Source of the DNA: Caulobacteraceae bacterium
GTDB taxonomy: Bacteria; Pseudomonadota; Alphaproteobacteria; Caulobacterales; Caulobacteraceae
Reading direction: 5' to 3'
Assembly (NCBI GenBank): GCA_947441065.1
Contig: CANESI010000011.1
Span: 5,584-69,583 of the forward strand
Length of the DNA stretch: 64,000 nt
Shown: one piece after another, positions 56,617-64,000 of the stretch
Numbering within the stretch: the first letter of the stretch is position 1
How the letters are laid out: each line of letters opens with the position of its first letter
Translations under genes and position numbers: made by a program
The notes under the pieces: generated by a model
What the model was told of the DNA's origin: nothing
Databases searched by the model: none
Seen by the model: the letters and a program-made list of their open reading frames with translations, nothing else

Positions 56617-58816
56617 CGGTCAGGCGATGGCCGTCCGTGGCGTCGCTGACAGAGCCAATGACCCACGCCGATTGACCCTGTTCGGCCATCTGGGCCAATA
56701 GGCCCTCCACCCGATCAGCGGGAACGGCCGCGAGCATCCCGCCCGCCGTTTGGGGATCAAACAGTAGGCTAAAGCGTGGGTCCAGCCTTAGGGCCCCATC
56801 AACAGACATTCTGCCCGCCAGCGCCGAGGTCTGCGGATAGATCGAGCTATGGACCCCGTCCTTGGCCAGTGTGATCGCCCCATCGCACCAAGGCACGGCC
56901 TCAAGGCTGATCTGCCCCGACAGGTCCGACTGCTCCAACATCGCGTGAAGGTGACCCGCAAGACCAAAGCCGGTGACGTCGGTCATGGCATGGGCTTGGC
57001 TGCGCAAGATCTGGCTCGCCGGACCGCTGGACTGGATCATCTGGCGAAGGGCCGCTGCAACCCACGCGCCCTTGGCTAGGCCCCGCATCTCAGCGGCCAT
57101 AAGGGTGCCCACGCCGATGGGTTTGGTCAGGATCAGGCGGTCGCCGACCTTAGCGCCGCCAAGCCCGATAGCGGTACGACCTTTCATCAGGCCGGTGAGC
57201 GTCAGGCCGACCGTCAACTCCGCGCCAAGGCTGGTGTGGCCACCGACCATGTCGGCTCCCGCAGCAGAGAGGGCGGACTGTAGGCCTGCCATGATCTCGC
57301 GCACGGTCTCGGTCTGCTTGGCTTCGGACATGGCGGGCAAGATCAGGCTGGCCAAGGCCGCTTGCGGCTCTGCGCCCATGGCCCAGATGTCACCCAAGGC
57401 ATGGTTGGCCGTGATCTGCGCCAGAACATAGGGGTCCAGCGTAAAGGCGCGGAAGTGGTCGCAGGTGAGGACCTGCTGCTCCGTTCCCATCGACAGAACC
57501 GCCGCGTCATCGCCGCGACCGCGCACGATATCGGCGCGGCGAGGAGCCTCTAGGTCGCAGAGTGCGGCGTTCAGGACATCCGGTCCAACCTTTGACCCAC
57601 ATCCGCCGCAAAGGGGCTGGGCCTGTTCAAGCGCCATCACCCCCAAGGCGACGGGGCCTGACGAGGTCGGGCGCTCCATCGGTGTTGAAGGGGGGCTTAG
57701 ATGCCCTAAGAACCGCTGGTCGATCTGATCCTTCCATGCCCAAAGGCCCGGCAGGCTAAGGCTCACGCCCCATTTTTCCGCAACCGCCGCCTTCGCGCCG
57801 AGACTGATCAGTTTCAGATAATCCCCTTGAGGGTGGAATGTGCGTAACCGGCCTCCGGACAGGGCGGCTTGCAGGTTCGCAAAGAGGATCGGAGCCTGCC
57901 TTACCGCAAAGACCCCCGCCTTGGGACGCGGACTAAAGTCCATATGGGCGCAGTCCCCGACCGCGAAGAGGGTGTCGTGACTGATGCTGCGCAAGGCCCG
58001 GTCAACCCGGACAAAGCCGTCTTTCAAGCTCAGGCCCGTCTGTTTCAACCATGGGGCGGGCAATGCCCCGGCCACCGACGCGAAGAAGGCGGCTTCGACG
58101 GTTTGGCCGTTAGCGAGATGGGCGCAGTGTCCCTCGACCCGATCCACCTTCGCGCCGGTACGCAGATCGATATTCAGTGCTTTAAGTTTCCGCGCCAAGG
58201 TGCGGCGCAGGCTCGGCGGGGCGAGGGGCAAGATCTGGTCGGCGGCCTCAATCACAGTGACCTGTGCGCTGGGCGACAGGCGCGTGAGGCGATGGTGCAT
58301 GGCCATGGCCAGTTCGACCCCGCCCACACCGCCTCCGATGACGGCGGCGGTCGCTGGATGTGCCCCCGCCTTGACCCCCTCAATATGCGCGCCCCAAGCC
58401 TGCGCAAAGCGTGACATGGGCTTGGCGGGCCAAAGGGCTGTCTCGCCTTCAACCGTCAGAGGCTGTCCAGAAGCAATGCCGATATCCAAGGAGGCGATGT
58501 CGAACGCGATGTCCGGACGGCCAGCGATGCGCGCCCGGCCAGCCTTAAGGTCTAGTCCATCGACATGACCGAGGATGAGCCGAGCACCCGCAAATCGCGC
58601 CAGTTTGACCAGATCAATCTCGACCTCGTCCTGTTCATAATGCCCGGCGACAAAGCCCGGCAGCATGCCGGTATAGGGCGCGGTTGGGTCTGGATTGACC
58701 AAGGTGAGCCGCACGCCGGGCAGGGGCGTCATACCCCACATCTTGAGCAGAAGGGCGTGGGCGTGACCGCCGCCAATGAGCAGAAGATCGCGCGTGATCG
58801 GAGCGCTCGCACGCAT
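56606..58816 (-). CDS. selD: Fusion protein: FAD-dependent pyridine-nucleotide-disulfide oxidoreductase (N-terminal) + selenide, water dikinase SelD (C-terminal)
   Basis: The start is trimmed to ATG 58814-58816 (GGAGG upstream). The N-terminal half has the Rossmann motifs LLIGGGHAHA and VIGGGVGGVE. The C-terminal half has the SelD N-terminal loop CGGCGSKVG (Cys, not Sec) and the AIR-synthase-like fold. Confidence 0.85.
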   Translation of the reverse strand: MRASAPITRDLLLIGGGHAHALLLKMWGMTPLPGVRLTLVNPDPTAPYTGMLPGFVAGHYEQDEVEIDLVKLARFAGARLILGHVDGLDLKAGRARIAGRPDIAFDIASLDIGIASGQPLTVEGETALWPAKPMSRFAQAWGAHIEGVKAGAHPATAAVIGGGVGGVELAMAMHHRLTRLSPSAQVTVIEAADQILPLAPPSLRRTLARKLKALNIDLRTGAKVDRVEGHCAHLANGQTVEAAFFASVAGALPAPWLKQTGLSLKDGFVRVDRALRSISHDTLFAVGDCAHMDFSPRPKAGVFAVRQAPILFANLQAALSGGRLRTFHPQGDYLKLISLGAKAAVAEKWGVSLSLPGLWAWKDQIDQRFLGHLSPPSTPMERPTSSGPVALGVMALEQAQPLCGGCGSKVGPDVLNAALCDLEAPRRADIVRGRGDDAAVLSMGTEQQVLTCDHFRAFTLDPYVLAQITANHALGDIWAMGAEPQAALASLILPAMSEAKQTETVREIMAGLQSALSAAGADMVGGHTSLGAELTVGLTLTGLMKGRTAIGLGGAKVGDRLILTKPIGVGTLMAAEMRGLAKGAWVAAALRQMIQSSGPASQILRSQAHAMTDVTGFGLAGHLHAMLEQSDLSGQISLEAVPWCDGAITLAKDGVHSSIYPQTSALAGRMSVDGALRLDPRFSLLFDPQTAGGMLAAVPADRVEGLLAQMAEQGQSAWVIGSVSDATDGHRLTVTA

Positions 58817-59008
58817 GATAGAGCCTCCCCTTCGCCTGCAATACCGCTCGGCAGCAGCGTTCAGCCCCTGCACGAAAGCACTGATCGGGTTGGCCTTGTC
58901 AAGGCGCGGGCTTTGGGGACGAGATTATGCCGCGAATAACGGATTGTATTGATCGCCATAATATGGCAGCAATAACGCCAATAGTTTGAGCAAATGGGAG
59001 AGATAAGG

Positions 59009-60106
59009 ATGCGGGTTTGGCTTGGAGCCCTTGCGGGCGCGGCGGCAATGATCACGGCGACCATCGCCGCAGCTCAGCCCGTCGGAATGATTGAAAATGC
59101 CTATAAGGGGCAGGTCGCGGCCCGGATGAAGGCCCCGCTGGCCAAGACGGATCTCTTCGATGATCAGGCCATGCGGGTTGTTCTTTGCGGCACCTCTGCG
59201 CCGTTCCCAGATGCCATGCGCGCCAAGTCCTGCACGGCCGTGATCGTCAAGGGCAAGGTCTATTTGGTCGATGTCGGCCCCGGCTCAGCCAATGTCCTGA
59301 TGCTGATGGGCTTTCCGATGAATCAGATCTCGAGCATCCTGATCACCCACTATCATTCTGACCATATTGGTGACCTTGGCGAGGTCCGCTTCAACAGCTG
59401 GGCCGCTGGCCGCGCGGCACCCTTGCCGGTCCATGGTCCAGAAGGCATCGAAACGGTCGTGGCCGGCTTTAATCAGGCCTATAGCCTCGATGACACCTAT
59501 CGCACCGCCCACCATGGTGCGGACATCATGCCGCCCGCCGCGGCCAATCTGAAGGCCTCGACCTTTGCGCTCGATGCGGATGGTACCAAGGTCATTCTCC
59601 AGAATGCTGACCTCAAGATCACAGCCTTCAAGGTTGATCACGACCCGATCAGTCCTGCCGTCGGCTATCGGTTTGATGCCGGTGGTCGTTCCGTGGTCCT
59701 TACCGGCGATACCGCCCCGACCCCGATGATCGCTCAGATGTCTAAGGGGGCGGATGTACTGATCGCCGAAGCCCTGTCCATGCGGATGACCAAGGCCATT
59801 GAAGAGGGCTCGAAGGCCGCCGGAAATGTCCGACAGTCCAAGCTGATGGCAGATGTGCAAGACTATCACATCGATCCGGTCGATGGCGCCAAGGCCGCTA
59901 ATGAGGCCGGAGTGAAGCTGCTGATCTTTAGCCATTTGGCCCCGAACCTGCCGATGCCGGTCCTCGAAAAGCTGTTCTTTGATGGGGTTTCTGCCATTCG
60001 TGAGCCCTCCGCCTGGGCGGTTGGCTTCGACGGCATGAGGGTTGATCTGCCCTTCGCAGGCGGCGCGCCGGTGTCTGGCAAGGTCACCATGCCGGGCCGC
60101 AACTAA
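59009..60106 (+). CDS. MBL-fold metallo-hydrolase, secreted
   Basis: Carries the HxHxDH motif (THYHSDHIGD) and a signal peptide (MRVWLGALAGAAAMITATIAAA). The start is chosen at ATG 59009, after GGGAGAGATAAGG. Confidence 0.8.
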   Translation: MRVWLGALAGAAAMITATIAAAQPVGMIENAYKGQVAARMKAPLAKTDLFDDQAMRVVLCGTSAPFPDAMRAKSCTAVIVKGKVYLVDVGPGSANVLMLMGFPMNQISSILITHYHSDHIGDLGEVRFNSWAAGRAAPLPVHGPEGIETVVAGFNQAYSLDDTYRTAHHGADIMPPAAANLKASTFALDADGTKVILQNADLKITAFKVDHDPISPAVGYRFDAGGRSVVLTGDTAPTPMIAQMSKGADVLIAEALSMRMTKAIEEGSKAAGNVRQSKLMADVQDYHIDPVDGAKAANEAGVKLLIFSHLAPNLPMPVLEKLFFDGVSAIREPSAWAVGFDGMRVDLPFAGGAPVSGKVTMPGRN

Positions 60107-60179
60107 AATACTGATCGTAAATCTCTGGTCCTGCCCCGCGTAGCTCTATATGTCGCGGGGTAGAGATCAGGGAGGATCC

Positions 60180-60782
60180 ATGGGACAGGAACGGACGACC
60201 GCTAGGCCTGCGCCCTATCGCGGCATTGTGGCCCAGCTGGTCCACTGGATTTGCCAGCTGTTCCTCCTGCTTTCAGGCTGGAAGATGCGGGGCGATTGGC
60301 CCACAGCAAAGAAGGCCGTCCTGCTGGCCGCGCCCCATACCTCCAACTGGGACGGTATCTATATGCTGGCGGCGGTGGGCTATTACCGCAGCAAGGTGCG
60401 TTGGATGGGTAAGAAGAGCCTCACCACCGGTCCCTTTGGCGGCATCGTTAAGGCGCTGGGCTGTGTGCCCATCGACCGGTCAGCCAGCCATGATCTGGTT
60501 CAGTCAATGAGCCAAGCCTTTGCCGACTCCTCCGAAATGATGCTTCTGATTCCGCCCGAAGGCACCCGCAGTCTGACAGCGGCTTGGAAGACGGGCTTCT
60601 ATCACATTGCCAAGTCGGCCAATGTGCCCATCGTCATCACCATCCTCGACTACGGCACACGCACCATCCATGTCGCAGACCTGTTTTACCCCACCGGCGA
60701 TATCGACGCCGATATGTTCAAGCTCAAGGCCTATTATGCCAACGCCGTCGGCAAGCACCGCGCCAAGTTCTCTGCGGCCTAA
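60180..60782 (+). CDS. Lysophospholipid (1-acyl-sn-glycerol-3-phosphate) acyltransferase family protein
   Basis: Carries the HX4D motif (APHTSNWDG) and a PEGTR motif (IPPEGTRS). The start is chosen at ATG 60180 (GGAGG upstream). The ORF track starts at 60150. Confidence 0.75.
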   Translation: MGQERTTARPAPYRGIVAQLVHWICQLFLLLSGWKMRGDWPTAKKAVLLAAPHTSNWDGIYMLAAVGYYRSKVRWMGKKSLTTGPFGGIVKALGCVPIDRSASHDLVQSMSQAFADSSEMMLLIPPEGTRSLTAAWKTGFYHIAKSANVPIVITILDYGTRTIHVADLFYPTGDIDADMFKLKAYYANAVGKHRAKFSAA

Positions 60783-60785
60783 GCC

Positions 60786-62387
60786 CTAGAGAGCCTGCTC
60801 GGCGCAGGCCTTGGCGGCGGGATAGTCGGCCTTGCCATTGCTGGCGCGCATGGGCCGATCAGCGACGACGATGAGCTTGGGTGTCTTATAGCCTGCGAGG
60901 GATTTTCGCACGAAGGCGCGGACATCGGCGGCATCTAGGGTTTCACCTTCGACCATCTCGACCACAGCCGTGACGGACTGCCCCCATTTTTCGTCGGGCA
61001 GGCCAATGACCAGCGCATCGTCGATGGCGGGGTGGCGCTTGAGCACCTCTTCGACCTCTTCGGGGAACACCTTTTCACCAGCGGTGTTGATACAGGCGCT
61101 GCCTCGGCCCAGCAGGGTCAACGAACCGTCGGCCTCAACCTCGCACCAGTCGCCGGGGATGGAGTAGCGGACGCCGTCAATGACGCGGAAGGTCCGGGCC
61201 GACTTTTCCTCATCCTTGAAATAGCCGACCGGATTGGGTGGGCCGAGCGCCACAAGGCCCCGAACGCCGGAACCGGGCAGGACCGGTTGGTCATTCTCGT
61301 CAAACACCCGGCAACGGTCGCTAAGCTCGAACTTGGCGGTCGGGACCTCGCCATCCTTGGTCATTATCGAGCTGCCCATGCCGATGGCTTCGGAGGAGGA
61401 GAACCCGTCGCTCAGCACCGCATTGGGCATGTGGTTGAGCAGGCCGCGCTTGATCTCCTGGCTCCACATCACGCCGGACGAGACCATGCCGACGACGCTG
61501 GAGACATTGAACTTGCCGACATTGGCATCGAGCGCATTGAGCAGCGGGCGGCCAAAGCTGTCGCCGACAAGGACCAGACCGGTTGGCTGATGGTCATGAA
61601 TGGCCTGCAACATCTCGTCCGCGTCGAAGCTCTCGCCGGTCAGGGTAATCACGCAGCCGCCGTTCAGGTGGGCGCCCATAGCCGTCAAAAGGCCGGTGCC
61701 ATGCATCAGGGGCGGGGCGGGCAAGAGCCGGCTCATCGGCGGAGTCGTCCTCATCTTTTCGCGCAGTTCCTCATAGGTCTCTGGCACGGGCCCAAGCTTG
61801 CGCTCATTTTGCAGCGTGATTTCGCGCATATCATCATGGTTCCACATCACGCCCTTGGGCATGCCGGTGGTACCGCCGGTATAGATGAAGAGCTGATCCT
61901 CGCCTGACCGTTCAATCTTGAGCGCCGAGCCATCGCCCTCGGCGGACAGGACCTCGAAGGCCTCCGCAAAGGGGGCCAGTTGCCCGTCCATGCTGATCTC
62001 GATCCAGTTTTTGACATTGGGCAGGCGCGGGCGGATCTGAGCGATATTGTCTCGAAACTCAGAGGCATAGACCACGGTCTGGGCGTCGGAATTATCGAAA
62101 ATGTACCAGACCTCGTCGGGCGTGTAGCGGTAGTTGATATTGACGTGGGTCATGCGCGATTTGAACGCGGCGGACAGGGTGATGATATATTCCGGACGGT
62201 TGCGCATATAGAGCGCGATCTTGTCCCGAGGCTGCGCGCCGCGGCTGATCAGGGCGCGGGCGAGATTGTTCGACAGCCTTGTGGCTTCCCCCCAAGTGAC
62301 CCGGCGGTCGCCATGGATAAAGGCCAAGCTCTGAGGGTCTAGAACCGGTTCAATCGTGTCGAGTATGTCGCCGAAATTCCAGGCCAT
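60786..62387 (-). CDS. AMP-dependent acyl-CoA synthetase/ligase
   Basis: Carries the AMP-binding motif IYTGGTTGMPKGV. The start is chosen at ATG 62385-62387 (MAWNFGDILD), preceded by GGGAG. The ORF track starts at a TTG 15 nt upstream. Confidence 0.85.
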   Translation of the reverse strand: MAWNFGDILDTIEPVLDPQSLAFIHGDRRVTWGEATRLSNNLARALISRGAQPRDKIALYMRNRPEYIITLSAAFKSRMTHVNINYRYTPDEVWYIFDNSDAQTVVYASEFRDNIAQIRPRLPNVKNWIEISMDGQLAPFAEAFEVLSAEGDGSALKIERSGEDQLFIYTGGTTGMPKGVMWNHDDMREITLQNERKLGPVPETYEELREKMRTTPPMSRLLPAPPLMHGTGLLTAMGAHLNGGCVITLTGESFDADEMLQAIHDHQPTGLVLVGDSFGRPLLNALDANVGKFNVSSVVGMVSSGVMWSQEIKRGLLNHMPNAVLSDGFSSSEAIGMGSSIMTKDGEVPTAKFELSDRCRVFDENDQPVLPGSGVRGLVALGPPNPVGYFKDEEKSARTFRVIDGVRYSIPGDWCEVEADGSLTLLGRGSACINTAGEKVFPEEVEEVLKRHPAIDDALVIGLPDEKWGQSVTAVVEMVEGETLDAADVRAFVRKSLAGYKTPKLIVVADRPMRASNGKADYPAAKACAEQAL

Positions 62388-62471
62388 CTCATCGTCTCCC
62401 AAAGGTTTCCTCTTGTCTGACCCGCAGGCCAGAAGGCCGGGCGCTTATGCTACGCCCTGACCCCACCGACT

Positions 62472-63677
62472 TTAACCGCTTCGCACGTCGCGGAAAGCCA
62501 TATCTCTATCCACCTCGGGTTCTTTGGGTAGGCCCAGGACCCGTTCGCCGATGATGTTGCGTTGGATCTGGTCGGTGCCGCCGCCGATGGAGGTGAAATA
62601 GGCATTGAGGCTGAGGAAGTTGGCATCCTCGGCGCGGGGATAGTCCGGCCCTTCGAGCAGGCTTCCGGCCCCCAGCAGTTTGGAGCGCAAGCGCGCCTCC
62701 TCATGCAGGATGCGAGACATGGCCAGCTTGCCCAGCGACATGATCGGTGAGGAATTGCCCTGCGCCAGTTCGGCCTTGGCTCTGACATTGTTGAGCCGGT
62801 TGAGCACCTTATAGGCGGTGACTTGAGCGACCTCTTGGCGGATGACCGGATCGTTCAGTCGGCCAGCCTCGCGGGCCAGTTCGACCAAGGCGCTGTCGCC
62901 CTTGGGATTGTCTTGACCACTGCGCGGACCCCGGGCGGCGTCGCCCATGACCGAGCGCTCATAGGCTAGCGCGGTTTGCAACACGCCCCAGCCGTTGTTG
63001 AGTGGGCCCAGCATATTGTCGGCAGGCACGATGGCGTCGGTGATGAAGACCTCGTTGAAATGGGCCTCATTGGTGATCTGACGCAGAGGCCGCACCTCGA
63101 TGCCTGGCTGTTTCATCGGCAGAAAGAAAAAGCTAATGCCCTTGTGTTTGGGCACATCCCAGTCGGTACGGGCGACGAGCATCCCATAGTCGGCCACCGC
63201 TGCGCCAGAGGTCCAGACCTTCTGGCCATTGACCACATACTGATCTCCCTTGCGGTCGGCGCGGGTGCGGATGGCGGCTAGGTCCGATCCGGCGCCCGGT
63301 TCGCTGTAGAGCAGGCACATGCCGATCTCACCCTTGAGCAGGGCGGGGACGATGGTCCGTTTGAAGGCCGGGGTGGCGTGGGCCATGGCCGTATTGGCCC
63401 AGAGGTTAGACCGGTCCTGCCCGGCACCGGGTGCACCGACGGCGGCAAAGGCCTTCTCGATGATCTTGGCCTGCGCCGGCGACATTTCGCGGCCATACCA
63501 GTCCTTGGGCCAGGTTGGCACGGCCCATCTGGCCTCCACGACCTTGGCCATGAAATCGCGATGGGGGTGAAGGCCGAAGCCTGCCCCCTGATCCCCGGCC
63601 TTGGGTTTCCAATGGTCGGCCAGCCAAGCGGTGACCTCGGCCTTCAAGGCCGCGTCGGTGAGGGTTTGCGTGGTCAT
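62472..63677 (-). CDS. Acyl-CoA dehydrogenase family protein
   Basis: The start is trimmed to ATG 63675-63677 (MTTQTLTD...), preceded by GGGAGG. It shows an ACAD middle/C-terminal pattern (…GISFFFLPMKQPGIEVRPL…GGGTDQIQRNIIGERVLGLP). Confidence 0.8.
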   Translation of the reverse strand: MTTQTLTDAALKAEVTAWLADHWKPKAGDQGAGFGLHPHRDFMAKVVEARWAVPTWPKDWYGREMSPAQAKIIEKAFAAVGAPGAGQDRSNLWANTAMAHATPAFKRTIVPALLKGEIGMCLLYSEPGAGSDLAAIRTRADRKGDQYVVNGQKVWTSGAAVADYGMLVARTDWDVPKHKGISFFFLPMKQPGIEVRPLRQITNEAHFNEVFITDAIVPADNMLGPLNNGWGVLQTALAYERSVMGDAARGPRSGQDNPKGDSALVELAREAGRLNDPVIRQEVAQVTAYKVLNRLNNVRAKAELAQGNSSPIMSLGKLAMSRILHEEARLRSKLLGAGSLLEGPDYPRAEDANFLSLNAYFTSIGGGTDQIQRNIIGERVLGLPKEPEVDRDMAFRDVRSG

Positions 63678-63681
63678 GGCC

Positions 63682-64000
63682 TTAGCCTCCCAACTGCTGG
63701 ACATAGCGTTCGCGATAGAAGTCCGAGGACCCGAACAGGTGGGCATCGGCTCTGGCGCGGCGAAGATAGAGATGGGCCGGATGGGCCCAGGTGAAGGCAA
63801 TTCCGCCATGCATCTGGATGCTGGTGGCGGTGATGGCGCTGAAGGCATCGGCGCAGGCAAAGGCGGCAAGGCTAATGGCCGAAGGGGCCTCGTCCGATCC
63901 GTTGGCCAGGCACTGGGCCGCGTGGCGCGCCGCTGAGGTGCAGGATTCGGAATCCATCAAAAGGTCCGCCGCCATATGTTTGACCGCTTGGAAACTGCCG
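63682..64000 (-). CDS. Acyl-CoA dehydrogenase C-terminal domain protein (partial; 5' end beyond window)
   Basis: The C-terminal ACAD helices are visible (…IQMHGGIAFTWAHPAHLYLRRARADAHLFG…). The stop lies 4 nt before the next ACAD start. The reading frame stays open to the window edge. Confidence 0.7.
   Translation of the reverse strand, partial: GSFQAVKHMAADLLMDSESCTSAARHAAQCLANGSDEAPSAISLAAFACADAFSAITATSIQMHGGIAFTWAHPAHLYLRRARADAHLFGSSDFYRERYVQQLGG

Overview
This is a high-GC chromosomal segment that looks alphaproteobacterial, possibly Caulobacterales-like; that assignment is an inference from gene content, GANTC and TTAACCAT motifs, and gene order. Most of it is ordinary core and catabolic content: prmA, carB-carA, a HAD hydrolase, dnaG-rpoD, cysE, a short phoH-like ATPase, a class D beta-lactamase, glcDEF, a single-chain BC-BCCP-CT acyl-CoA carboxylase, dusA and cobT. 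It also carries a glycine-betaine/sarcosine catabolic block (Rieske oxygenase plus reductase, soxBDAG, GlxA/GbdR-like regulator), an ECF sigma/FecR/TonB-dependent transducer followed by three esterases, selU convergent with an FAD-oxidoreductase::selD fusion, and acyl-CoA ligase/dehydrogenase genes. Three things are not explained by that list. (1) A strikingly AT-rich islet of about 1.8 kb lies next to tRNA-Met(CAT) and a truncated czcD remnant. It carries a tightly coupled three-gene minus-strand operon: a protein with a HigB/Gp49 (RelE-superfamily)-like core motif, an XRE-type HTH protein with a long C-terminal tail, and a 151-aa orphan. I consider this the best candidate for an undescribed tripartite toxin-antitoxin or defence-type module. 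(2) A family of mosaic palindromic REP/BIME/MITE-like repeats fills seven intergenic regions. It includes direct repeats of about 360 bp bracketing the DUF1289-paaI-cobT segment, and repeats that supply the 3' ends of genes. (3) A reduced-GC pocket (about 27.5-29.6 kb) holds two convergent orphan genes. All calls come from reading the ORF translations and the sequence by eye. No database search, covariance model or GC computation was run.
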